This document shows, in pieces, positions 23,901 to 35,240 of a stretch of DNA of 64,000 bases (the stretch's first letter is position 1; the number at the start of each line of letters is the position of its first letter). Where the stretch lies: the NCBI RefSeq assembly GCF_009914755.1, contig NC_060930.1; one strand, written 5' to 3'. This stretch comes from the human T2T-CHM13v2.0 reference genome, Homo sapiens. The translations under genes and the position numbers were made by a program. Below the pieces are notes generated by a model, which ran no database searches, was not told the origin of the DNA, and worked only from the letters and a program-made list of their open reading frames with translations.

Positions 23901-23912
23901 GTTATTGGTCTT
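20908..23912 (-). mobile_element. 5'-truncated L1 (L1PA13-16-like), 3' UTR and decayed ORF2
   Basis: ORF2 fragments: [59 protein letters not shown]. Interrupted by a THE1 LTR. Confidence 0.92.
23384..23762 (+). mobile_element. THE1 (C/D) solo LTR inserted in the L1
   Basis: tgatgtggtt...cccaaatctcatctt...gtgagtcaattaaacctctttcc...actaataca. Confidence 0.9.
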
Positions 23913-24019
23913 TGACTTTACATTTTCAATTTAGCAGGTCCTCACCATTCAGAACACTATTTTTTCTACAAACAGTAAATTGAATTTAAAGGTGAAAAGC
24001 AATGATGAGAGCATAACTA

Positions 24020-24615
24020 TGTAAAATCAGTAAAATTTAAAAGCTGGAATTTAAAGGCTAGTAAAATTTAAAAGCTAAAATTTAAAATTTAGAACCCCCA
24101 AAAAACACTTTAAGCCTTGAGAAAGATGGGACTGTGATCTGAGTTACCTAGAGTTACAACTTCTCAGATTATAGATTAACTCACCTGCATATTTTTCTTG
24201 TTCTCTGCAATGGCTAGACAGAATTAAATGACATCAGGGAAAACCTCTTGCCTTCTAATGACATTGTTATAGATTAACTTCCTCTTTGTTGTCCTGGTTT
24301 GCTTAGAACAGATGACAGAAAACCATGATTATTATACCCTTTATAAAATATATATTAAATGTACCCTGTCAAAAAGAGACCCTGCCTATCACCAATCAAA
24401 TAGCTGTAACTATGCAACAACCTTGTATAAATAATGTTGGAAAACTGCTTAGAGTTCTTCTCTATGTAAATAAAGCCTCAACCTCTCTACTTTGGAACAC
24501 TGACTTCATTCCTTTGTAGTTGGTGTTTCCAAGTGGTCCATCCTCACAGTTTGCACTTGAAGAAACTCTCTTTAAATTATTAGATTATGATACTTTTAAT
24601 TATTTTAGGTTGAAA
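24020..24615 (+). mobile_element. ERV1 (MER4-group) solo LTR, subfamily unresolved
   Basis: TGTAAAA... start, ...ttttaggttgaaa end, CCAAT box, 4-bp TSD ACTA (24016-19 / 24616-19). Confidence 0.7.
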
Positions 24616-24631
24616 ACTAGAATTCATTTCT

Positions 24632-24770
24632 TAATTTAATTTTTTATTATTTCTAGAGACAGGGTCTCGCTGTATTGCCTAGGCTGGTCTCAAACCCCAG
24701 CCTCAAGTGATCCTTTCCCAACAGCCTCCCAGGCATCTGAGACTACAAGGAAGAGCTGCCACACTTGGCT
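24632..24770 (-). mobile_element. FLAM (Alu monomer)
   Basis: Alu left-arm sequence flanked by TSD agaattcattt. Confidence 0.85.
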
Positions 24771-24914
24771 AGAATTCATTTTTTGAAGCCAGAGATATTG
24801 AATTCCTGAGACATTACAGGTGAAGCCCATTGCATTTTACTAATTTAAAGTGGCCAAAAGTTCCTGATGAATCTGTATTTATTTTTTTAAAACAATCTTA
24901 TTAAATTCCCACTG

Positions 24915-25185
24915 TTTAAATCTAACTCCTCTTCCAAGATTTACCTCAGATGTCAACTCCTTGACAATATTTCCTTAATCTTTTGACCTGAACTCTACTC
25001 TTCTTACTTGTAATACCATAGCATTTTTTGATGAATACTGTGATGTGAACAAAATTATTCTGACTTTTTTTATAGATCTTTGTTCTTCAACAAGGCACTA
25101 GGTAGGGATCAAGTCATCTATCCTTTCATAGCACTTAGCATAGCACATTTTGCACAGTTAAGGCCCCAATAGTTATTAAATATGA
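24915..25185 (+). mobile_element. L2 3' fragment
   Basis: ctcagatgtcaactcc...tagcacttagcatagcac pattern. Confidence 0.5.
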
Positions 25186-25641
25186 GAAATATTAGAAGTG
25201 TTGCTACAGGAAATAAGCTTTAAAAAGTGTCATGTTAAATAACCTCAATATTTCTGCATATAGAAGGTTATGCGGTATATAGTGACCTCTAATCCAAGAA
25301 ATAAATAAGTAGCAAAGAAAACATTTTCATGATATGAGAAAACGTTGAGATGAGAGGTATGCTAGTGGTAGAAGTAAAAACATGTCTGTTCAAGAGAATC
25401 TCATAAGAACTGCAAAGTTTTGCTGGTCCAAAGAAGGCTACAACAGTGGAGGAAAGACTAATGTTTTAGAAAAAAATGACAGAAAGAAAGCATATATTCA
25501 GTAAATAATGCCAATCATCAAACAGAGAAAACTTTTTGTAAGGAGACAATTTCAGATGTTATTAAACCTTTTAAATTTCCAAGTGGCAACATCTGGGAGA
25601 GGTTTCCAAAACCAGATTGAAGAGATTAAATGGGTAGATAG

Positions 25642-26034
25642 CCAATCAAAAAGAATCAAACTCTGTAAAATAAATGAATGGATTTATTCTGAGCCAAATA
25701 TAAGTGACCAAGGCCCAAGGCACATCTCAAGAGGTCCCAAGAACATATGCCAAAGGTGAATGGGTTACAGCTTGATTTTACACATTTTAGGGGGACAAAA
25801 GTTACAGGCAAAACCAATAATCAATACATGTACCCTATACATTGGTTCAGTTCAGAAGAGTGAGACAACTCGAAATGGGGGGCATTTCCACTCGAAGTGA
25901 GGGGCAGATCATAGGCAGATTCAAAGATTTTCTGATTGACAGCTGGTTGAAAAAGTTAAGTAAGAGTTAGTTTATTATCTAACAACCCAGAATCAATAGA
26001 CAGGTGTGTCTGGGTTAAGATAAGGAGTTATGGA
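25642..26034 (-). mobile_element. MER4-family LTR, 3' part (interrupted by HERV-H B)
   Basis: aagaatcaaactctgtaaaa...tttattctgagccaaatataagtgacc; continues at 31705. Confidence 0.8.
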
Positions 26035-26435
26035 TTTCATGCGCGTCCGTGTGAAGAGACCACCAAACAGGCTTTGTGTGAGCAATAAAGCTGTTTATTT
26101 CACCTGGGTGCAGGTGGGCTGAGTCCAAAAAGAGAGTCAGTGAAGGGAGATAGGGGTGGGGCCGTTTTATAGGATTTGGGTAGGTAAAGGAAAAAGGGGG
26201 GTTGTTCTCTGGCAGGCAGGAGTGGGGGGCACAGGTACTCAGTGGGGGCGCTTTTGAGCCAGGATGAGCCAGGAGAAGGAATTTCACAAAACAATGTCAT
26301 CAGTTAAGGCAGGAACAGGCCATTTTCACTTCTTTTATGGTGGAATGTTATCAGTTAAGGCAGGAACCCGCGATCTGGATGTGTACGTGCAGGTCACGGG
26401 ATATGATGGCTTAGCTTGGGCTCAGAGGCCTGACA
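26035..26435 (-). mobile_element. 3' LTR7 of provirus B
   Basis: About 97% identical to 31302-31704 by manual alignment; PPT adjacent (ttcctgtcttcttat on +). Confidence 0.95.
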
Positions 26436-27029
26436 TTCCTGTCTTCTTATATTAATAAGAAAAATAAAATGAAATAGTGGTAAAGTCTTGGGACAGCAAA
26501 AATTTTGGGGGATGGTATGGAGAGATAATGGGCGATGTTTCTCAGGGCTGCTTTGAGTGGGATTAGGGGGGGCGTGGGAACCTAGAGTGGGAGAGATTAA
26601 GCTGAAGGAAGATTTTGTGGTAAGGGGTGATATTGTGGGGTTGTTAGAAGGAATAGTTGTAATTTAGAAGTATTGGTGATGGCCTGGATAACAGTTTTGT
26701 ATGAATTGAAAAACTAAACGGAATAAGAGAAGGAGAAAAACAGGTATAAAAGGTCTAAGAATTGGGATGACTCAGGACATCTGCTTAGAGAGTGCCTAAG
26801 GAGATCAGCATAGTCCTGCCAGCAAAGATTATTTACTTCAAGAGTTAAGAGTGGCAGTTTGGGGATGGCACCAGGAGATATCAGCTGTGATGGCTTGGAG
26901 AAACTGTAAACCGGCAGTGTAAACAAGAGCAGGGCATGTATGAGTAGTTGAGAACGGTGAATAGGAGTATGACTAGACAGAAGATAGTAGGGATGACAAG
27001 TTTTTGGGGGGCACAGTCTAAGTTCTGGT

Positions 27030-30000
27030 GTCTGGAATGAGACTGGGGCCTAATAAAAAGGAGCGTCTATACAGGAGCTCAAATGGGCTGTACCTTGTAG
27101 TATTCTGAGGACAGGTCTGACTTCTGAGAAGGGAAAGTCATAAAAGTATTATCCAGTCCTTTTTAAGTTGGTGGCTGAGCTTGGTGAGGTGTGTTTTTAA
27201 AAGACCTTTAGTCTGTTCTACTTTTCCTGAAGATGGAGGACCGTAAGGGATATAAAGGTTTCACTGAATACTAGGAGCCTGAAAAACTGCTTGGCTGATT
27301 TGACTAATAAAAGCTTGTCTGTTATCAGACTGTATTGAGGTAGGAAGGCTAAACTGAGGAATTATGTCTGACAGAAGGGAAAAAATGACTGTGGTGGCCT
27401 TCTCAGACCCTGTAGGAAAGGACTCTACCTATCCAGTGAAAGTGTCTACCTAGACTAACAGGTATTTTAGTTATCTGACTCCGGGCATGTTGAGTAAAGC
27501 TAATTTGCCAGTCCTGGGTGGGGCCAAATCCTCAAGCTTGATGTGTAGGGAAGGGAGGGGGCCTGAATAATCCCTGAGGAGTGGTAGAATAGTAGATGGA
27601 ACACTGAGAAGTTATTTCCTTGAGGATAGATTTCCACGATGGAAAGGAAATGAGAGGTTCAAAGAGGCGGGATAGTGGCTTGTACTATAGCATAGCCTGC
27701 CTTTGCTGGTGTGTGGCGATTAGGCCTAGTGGAACCGCCATCAATAAATCAAGCGTGATCAGGGTGAGGAACAGGAAAGAAGGAAATATGGGGAAATGGG
27801 GTGAATGTCAGGAGGATCAGACAGATACAGTCATGGAGGTCGGGTGTGGTATCAGGAATAATGTGGGAGGCTGGATTGAAGTCCGGGTCAGGAACAATGG
27901 TAATTGTGGGACTTAACAAAGAGTGAGTACAGCTGAAGGAGCCGGGGAGCAGAAAGTATATGCGTCAGATATGAGGAAGAAAATAGATTTTGGAAGTTAT
28001 GAGAAATGTAGAGAGTAAGTTGAGCATAGTTTGTGATTTTGACGGCCTCTAAAAGTATTAGGGTGGCAGCAGCCGCTGCACGGAGACATGATGCCTAGGC
28101 TAAAACAGTAAGGTCAAGTTGTTTGCACAGAAAGGCTACAGGGTGTGGTCCTGGCTCTTGTGTAAGAATTCTGACCGCATTAACCATGCCTAGGAAGGAA
28201 AGGAGTTGTTGTTTTGTAAGGGATTGAGGTTTGGGAGATTAATCGGACACGATCAGCAGGGAAAGCACGTGTGTTTTTATGAGATTATGCCGAGATAGGT
28301 AACAGATGAGGATGAAATTTGGGCTTGACTGAAGTAATGGGGGCTGTCTGTGAAGCCTTGCGGCAGTACAGCCCAGGTAATTTGCTGAGCCTAGTGGGTG
28401 TCAGGGTCAGTCCAAGTGAAAGCCAAGAGAGGCTGGGATGAAGGGTGGAAAGGAATAGTAAAGAAAGCATGTTTGAGATCCAGAACAGAATAATGGATTG
28501 TGGAGGGAGGTATTGAGGATAGGAGAGTATATGGATTTGGAACCACGGGGTGGATAGGCAAAACAATTTGGTTGATAAGGCGCAGATCCTGAACTAACTT
28601 GTAAGGCTTGTCTGGTTTTAGGACAGGTAAAATGGGGGAATTGTAAGGAGAGTTTATAGGCTTTAAATGGCCATGCTGTAGCAGGCAAGTGATAACAGGC
28701 TTTAATCCTTTCAAAGCATGCTGTGGGATGGGATATTGGCATTGACTGGAGTAAGGGTGATTAGGTTTTAATGAGATGGTAAGGGGTGCATGATCGGTTG
28801 CCAAGGAGGGAGTAGAGGTATCTTATACTTGTGGGTTAAGGTGGGGGATACAAGAGGAGCATGCAAAGGAGGCTTTGGATTGGGAAGAAGGGCGGCAATG
28901 AGATATAGCTGTAGTCCAGGAATAGTCAGGGAAGCAGATAATTTAGTTAAAGTGTCTCGGCCTAATAGGGAACTGGGCAGGTGGGGATAATTAAAAGGAG
29001 TGCTTAAAAGAGTATTGTCTAATTTGGCACCAGAGTTGGGGACTTTTAAGAGGTTTAGAAGCCTGGCCATCAATACCCACAACAGTTATGGAGGCAAGGG
29101 AAACAGGCCCTTGAAAAGAAGGTAATGTGGAGTGAGTAGCCTTGGTATTGATTAAGATGGGGACAGACTTATCCTTCACTGTTAGAGTTACCCGAAGCTC
29201 GGCATCCATGATGGTCTAGGGGGCTTCCGAGGCGATCGGGCAGCGTCAGTCTTCAGCCGCTAAGCCAAGAAGATCTGGGAAGGAGTCTGAGAGCCTTGGG
29301 CCAGAGTTCCAGGGGCACTGGGAGTGGCTGCCGGGTGAGTTGGACAGTCCGATTTCCAGTGGGGTTCCGTACAGATGGGACGTGGCTTAGGAGGAATCCC
29401 GGGCTGCGGGCATTCCTTGGCCTGGTGGCCAGATTTCTGGCACTTGTAGCAAGCTCCTGGGGGAGGAGGTTCTGGAGGAATGCCTGGCCGCTGTGGTTCA
29501 GGCATTTGGAAGTTCTTGTGTGCTGGAGATGTGGCTGGGGTTTGTCTCACAGTGGAGGCAAGGAATTGCAACTTTTTTCTATTATTGTACACCTTGAAGG
29601 CGAGGTTGATTAAATCCTGTTGTGGGGTTTGAGGGCCGGAATTTAATTTTTGGAGTTTTATTTAATGTCGGGAGCAGATTGGGTAATAAAATGTATTTTG
29701 AGAATAAGACGGCCTTTTGACCTTTTAGGGTCTAGGGCTGTAAAGTGTCTCAGGGTTGCTGCCAAACGAGTCATGAACTGGGCTGGGTTTTTCATATTTG
29801 ATGAAAGAGTCTAAATGCTCACTGATTTGGGAGAGATCTGATAAAGAAAAAGGAGCATTAACCTTGACTATGCCTTTAGCTTCAGCCACCTTTTTAAGAG
29901 TAAATTGCTGGGCAGGTGAGGGCTAGTCACGGAATGAAACTGTAAGCCGGACCGGGTGTGAGGAGGGGAGGTGATAAAAGGATTATAGGGTGGAGGACCG

Positions 30001-30240
30001 GAGGCTGAGGAAGAATTGGGACCTAGCTCGGCCTGGCGAGGAGGGGAGAGGTCAGATGTGTCTGTAGAAAAGGAAGAGTAGAAAGACTCAGTGATGCTTG
30101 GGGTTGGGACTGAGGGGACAGGTGGGAGGGAAAGGAGGAAGATTTGGGATGAGTTGCATTGGGAACAGAGACTATAGAGGGACTGATGTGTAAAAGAATG
30201 CCTGGATGTCAGGCACCTCAGACCATTTGCCCATTTTACA
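27030..30240 (-). pseudogene. Degenerate HERV-H gag-pro-pol of provirus B
   Basis: Gag zinc knuckle [14 protein letters not shown] (ORF 29260..29592), protease LLGRD, RT PYNSPILPV..LVQDLR..LDLKHAFF (ORF 28391..28804), integrase remnants. Confidence 0.9.
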
Positions 30241-30548
30241 ACAAGAATTATTTAGATCTTGAAGGATGGAAAAATTGAAAGTGCCGTTTTCTGGCTATTT
30301 GGAACTACTGTCGAGTTTGTATTGGGGTCAAGCGGCATTGCAGAAGAAAATAAGACACTTAGATTTTAGGTTAGATGAGAGTTGAAGAGGTTTTAAGTTC
30401 TTAAGAACACAGACTAAGGGAGAAGAAGGAGGAATGGAGGGTGGAAGGTTGCCCATAGTGAAGGAGACAAACCCAGAGAAAAGAGAGAGTAGAGACATGG
30501 AGGGAAGGGGTTTGGGGGTTCTTACCCTCCAGAAAAGCGGGAAAGGGG

Positions 30549-30705
30549 TCGGGGCACAGAGATACGAGGTCAGGGCATGGAAATAAGGGATTGGGGTGCA
30601 GAGATATAAGAGGTTAGGGCACGGAAATAATGGATTGGGGTACAGCGATATAAGAGGTTGGGGCACGGAAATAAGGGATGGGGGCACAGAGATATGAGGT
30701 TGGGG
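30549..30705 (-). repeat. ~40-bp tandem repeat (about 3.5 copies) in the HERV-H B leader
   Basis: Repeating ggggcacagagatat..gaggttggggcacggaaataagggatt unit; absent from provirus A. Confidence 0.8.
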
Positions 30706-31149
30706 TACTTGCCCCTCCTCTAGAAAAGCGGGACTTGCTGCTCAGGGTGAAGGAAAAGGGGTTGGGGGTTTCTTGCCCCCCAGAAAGGTGGAAAAGGGGT
30801 AGAGACACAGAGAGAAGGGGTTGGGGTACTTGCCCCTTCCCCAGAAAAGCGGGACTTGCCACTAAGGATGAAGGACCAAGGCAGGCGTCCCTGCGTGGTC
30901 TGACACCTCTGAAACCTGGACGAATAATCAGAGAGGTGTCCCTCCAATGATTAAACACCAAGGGAAGGCTGCCTTCCCTAGTCCATGACTGGCGCCAGAG
31001 TTTTGGGTCCACGGATAAAACGTGTCTCCTTTGTCTCTACCAGAAAATGAAAGGAATTGAAATTAAGAGAAGGAAGAGATTGAAGAGTGGAAAGGAGAAA
31101 GTGGTTGAGGGACAGTGAGAGAGGTTGGAGAAGAGAGTAAGAAGAGGCT

Positions 31150-31158
31150 GCTTACCCG
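31150..31158 (-). promoter_or_regulatory. HERV-H major splice donor (provirus B)
   Basis: Minus strand CGG|GTAAGC, with GT at 31155-31154. Confidence 0.78.
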
Positions 31159-31281
31159 ATTTAAAATTGGTGAGATGTTCCTTGGGCTGGTCGGTCTGAG
31201 GACCTGAGGTCGTAAGTGGATCTTTCTCACGGAGCAAAGAACAGGAGGACAGGGGATTGATCTCCCAAGGGAGGTCCCCTG

Positions 31282-31299
31282 ATCTGAGTCGCGGCACCA
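31282..31299 (-). promoter_or_regulatory. Primer-binding site, tRNA-His (2 mismatches)
   Basis: TGGTGCCGCGACTCAGAT immediately after the 5' LTR. Confidence 0.88.
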
Positions 31300-31301
31300 A
31301 A

Positions 31302-31704
31302 TTTCATGTGCGTCCGTGTGAAGAGACCACCAACAGGCTTTGTGTGAGCAATAAAGCTGTTTATTTCACCTGGGTGCAGGTGGGCTGAGTCCAAAAAGAG
31401 AGTCAGTGAAGGGAGATAGGGGTGGAGCTGTTTTATAGGATTTGGGTAGGTAAAGGAAAAGGGGGGGTTGTTCTCTGGCAGGCAGGAGTGGGGGTCACAA
31501 GGTACTCAGTGGGGGAGCTTTTGAGCCAGGATGAGCCAGGAGAAGGAATTTCACAAGACAATGTCATCAGTTAAGGCAGGAACAGGCCATTTTCACTTCT
31601 TTTATGGTGGAATGTTATCAGTTAAGGCAGGAACCGTCGATCTGGATGTGTACGTGCAGGTCACAGGGGATATGATGGCTTAGCTTGGGCTCAGAGGCCT
31701 GACA
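31302..31704 (-). mobile_element. 5' LTR7 of provirus B (promoter pointing toward TRDN exon 2)
   Basis: TGTCAGGCC start at 31704, TATAAAA, AATAAA, CATTGT SOX-like site at 31558-31563. Confidence 0.95.
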
Positions 31705-32239
31705 ATGGAGATCAAGTTTCTTATTATGTAAGTGAAGCCTTCAGGTAGCAGGCTTCAGAGAGAATAGATGGCAAATATCTCTTATCAGACCCCAAAAGGT
31801 GCTAGACTCTCAGTTACTCTCTCCTGCATCAGGACAAGATCTGGAAAGGGAGGGAAATTCTCTACAGAATGTAGATTTTCCGCAAGAGACAGCCTAATAA
31901 GGCCATTTCAAAATATGTCAAATATATTTTGGGGTACAATATTTTTATTTCTTGTAGGGTCTGCTATCTGTCACATGATGCTATACTAGTCAAGTTGGAA
32001 TCTGGTATCTTATTGCTACAAAGAGTCTGTTTCGCAACTCTTAAAAATCTCTGTTTTAATGTTAATGCTGGCAAGTTGCACCTGAATTCCAAAGGGAAGG
32101 AGATATAAGGAGACATGTCTGACACCTCCTTCCCATCATGGCCTGAACTAGTTTTTCAGGTTTACTTTGGAGTTCCCTGGGCAGAGAGGAAGGAGCCATT
32201 CAGTAAGTTGGGGATTTAGAGTTTTATTTTTACTTTACA
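31705..32239 (-). mobile_element. MER4-family LTR (MER4D/E-like), 5' part
   Basis: Reverse complement tgtaaagtaaaaataaaactct...aaacctgaaaaactagttcaggccatgatgggaagg. Confidence 0.85.
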
Positions 32240-32287
32240 AAATGAATAAAAATCCTGATCATCAATTTACAAATGTGTGATGATTTA

Positions 32288-32491
32288 TGATCTCAGTCTG
32301 CTTGGGCTGCCATAACAAAATACTATCCCTAGTGTGCTTAAACAGGAGACATTTACTTCTGAGAGTCTGAAGGCTATTCTAAACTAATTACCTCTTGAAG
32401 GCCCCTATCTATAAATACCATTACATTAAGGGTAAGGATTTCAACATGAAAGTTTTATCGGGCAGGGCTGAATGCAAACCAGTCCATAGCA
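32288..32491 (-). mobile_element. Internally deleted MLT1 LTR
   Basis: gggctgccataacaaaatac... and ...cagtccatagca termini. Confidence 0.65.
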
Positions 32492-33786
32492 TGTATCTTT
32501 TTCTGGGAATGTTTAAAGAAATGCTGTAAAAGACTATTAGTATATGTTAAACTTGATAAGCTTGGCTATTTTAATAGAATAAATATCTTTCATGTTAAAA
32601 TAACAGAAATCATGGCCAGGATTCCTTATTACCACTACATGCCCAAGTAGCCTAAATCAAAATGTCAGAGGGCACTATGTACAGTGGGACAGATTAGGGA
32701 TAAAAATTAACAGGACCCATGAAAAGACCTTTTACGAAAATAAATTTGACAGGTTGAATCAGTTTCATTGTAGAAAAATTATTCATCTTCCTCTCATGAA
32801 CCCAGGAAGTCTCATGCAGTAAGATAAGCCATTCCAGGATTTGCCCAACTTTGTGAATTAGAAGTTTGCGGAAAGAATCTGCAGAAAATCTCCCAAATTA
32901 TGTGGGTTCAATCTCACGGATATAGTAGCAAGGCTCTGGTTCTTAGCAAATATCATTTGAATAAGATAAACATAAGATCCATGAACTATACTCAGTTCAT
33001 TTGGGAAATTAATTTTCTAGTATTTTATGTTTGTGCTGACACATTTTCTTCCTGGGCCAAATTTGCACAAATAAAACTTTACCTACCCCAGCATTCCTCC
33101 TACTAAATTGTCCCATTGTCATTGAATTGCAAACCCACTGAAACAGAAAAGCCTTGAGTAATGACATGCCATTTCAATTTGGAAAAAAATACTAAGCTGA
33201 ATGCTTCAGAATCATGAGCTTTTCATGATTTGTTGACTCTAATGTGCGTTTTTTACTTTCTCTTTCCTAAAGATATTTTCATGGAAATCAGCTCTTCCTT
33301 AAGAATTAATCATTTCCTGCTGCTTTACCCCACATGGAGTCATAATCACACTATTGTGTCACAGTAGATTCTATTTTATTACCTGTAAGAGAGTATGACA
33401 GTCCCCCTCCTTCAAAGGCACACAAGGTAACCATAAGTTCATGCAGATGTATTCACTAGTAATGATAAATACTTCATATAAAGCTTCTGCTTAAGACTGT
33501 AGGCAGAAAATTGTAGATTCCTCATATTGCCAATAGCTACTTTCAGGAAATTTATGGAAGTGCAAGAACTAAGACCCAAGTTTCTTTTTTAAATTTTACT
33601 TTTTTCAGTATTCAGGCAAATGTGATGAAGCAACCTGTTTTTTAAAAATATATTTAAATATAAATGATAGTAGTCCTATATTTTCTACTTATAAGGAAAT
33701 TTCCATCCATTTGTTGGAAAAGTAGTGATAATTTAACAATTACAATTTTTAATATGTATGTGTATATGACTAGAGATATGTTACAG

Positions 33787-34615
33787 CTGGAGTCCCCAAC
33801 CCCCAGGCCACGGACCCATTAGGAACCAGGTCACACAGCAGGAGGTGAGCAGCGGGTGGGCAGGCAACACTTTATCTGTATTTACAGCCACTCTCCAGGG
33901 CTTGCATTACCGCCTGAGCTCCATCTCCTGTCAGATCAGCAGCGGCATTAGATTCTCATAGGATCATGAACCCTATAGTGAATTGTGCATGGGAGGAATC
34001 TAGGTTGTTGGTTCCTTATGAGAATCTAATGCCTGATGATCTGTCACTGTCTCCAATCGCCCCCAGGTGGGACTGTCCAGTTACAGGGAACACACTTCAG
34101 AGTTTCTACCAATTCTACATTATGGTGAGTTGTATAATTATTTTATTATATATTACAATGTAATAATAATAGAAACAGGGCCAGTCGCTGTGGCTCACAC
34201 CTGTAATCCCAGCACTTTGGGAGGCCGAGGCAGGCAGATCATGAGGTCAGGAGTTTGAGACCAGCCTGGCCAACATAGTGAAACCCCGTCTCTACTAAAA
34301 ATACAAAAATTAGCCGGGTGTGTGGCACATGCCTATAGTCCCAACTACTTGGGAGGCTGAGGCAGGAGAATTGCTTGAACTCTGGAAGCAGAGGTTGCAG
34401 TGAGCCAAGACCGTGCCCATTCTACTCCAGCCTGGGCGAAAGAGTGAGACTCTGTCTCAAAAAAAATAATAATGATAGTAGTAATAATAGAAATAAAGTG
34501 CACGATAAATATAATGTGCTTAACTCATCCTGAAACCATGTCCCCTGCCCTGGCCTGTGGAAAAATTGTCTTCCACAAAACTGGTCTCTGGTGCCAAAAA
34601 GAATGGAAACCACTG
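33787..34615 (+). mobile_element. MER1A hAT-Charlie DNA transposon (interrupted by an Alu)
   Basis: gtccccaacccccaggccacggac ... gtggaaaaattgtcttccacaaaactgg..gtgccaaaaa..ccactg. Confidence 0.88.
34179..34466 (+). mobile_element. AluS (Sg-like)
   Basis: Full dimer with TSD taataatagaaa. Confidence 0.95.
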
Positions 34616-34860
34616 TTTTAAAATATATAATCAGTAAACAGGGAAAGGACTGAATTTATTGAGTAGCCCAAGCGCTTTGATATAAAAAATTATAATAAAA
34701 TATGTCTACTTTCATGCATCTTTAATTATCAGTAATATAAATTTGTCAGTAATATAAATTGGCACTTTCTTTAGTGACTCCAGAATTAATGCTATTACCA
34801 CAATTGTGTAGAAAACAAATCCATAGAGTATTTTTCTCTCTCATATAGTAAAATATTTAA

Positions 34861-35240
<380 letters not shown>

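Larger units (their letters stand above)
26035..31704 (-). mobile_element. HERV-H provirus B (LTR7-gag-pro-pol-env remnant-LTR7), sense to TRDN
   Basis: LTRs at 26035-26435 and 31302-31704, His PBS, gag/pro/pol remnants, 5-bp TSD ATGGA (26030-34 / 31705-09). Confidence 0.96.

Noticed and set aside
20616-23912. L1 twin-priming 5' inversion as the explanation of the flipped tail
   Set aside because: The inverted body lies downstream of the poly(A) and is separated from it by non-L1 DNA, which is incompatible with twin priming.
6078-26034. Possibility that the inter-proviral segment is already inverted in this haplotype
   Set aside because: TSDs (GATAG, ATGGA), LTR pair identities and the split MLT1A and MER4 halves are all collinear, so this is the ancestral orientation.
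30549-30705. CRISPR-like array
   Set aside because: Degenerate tandem units without unique spacers inside the HERV-H leader; eukaryotic context with no cas genes.
34729-34760. Short tandem duplications (also ~24028-24090, ~40412-40452, ~43414-43468, ~63533-63570)
   Set aside because: Ordinary slippage-type duplications with no further structure.
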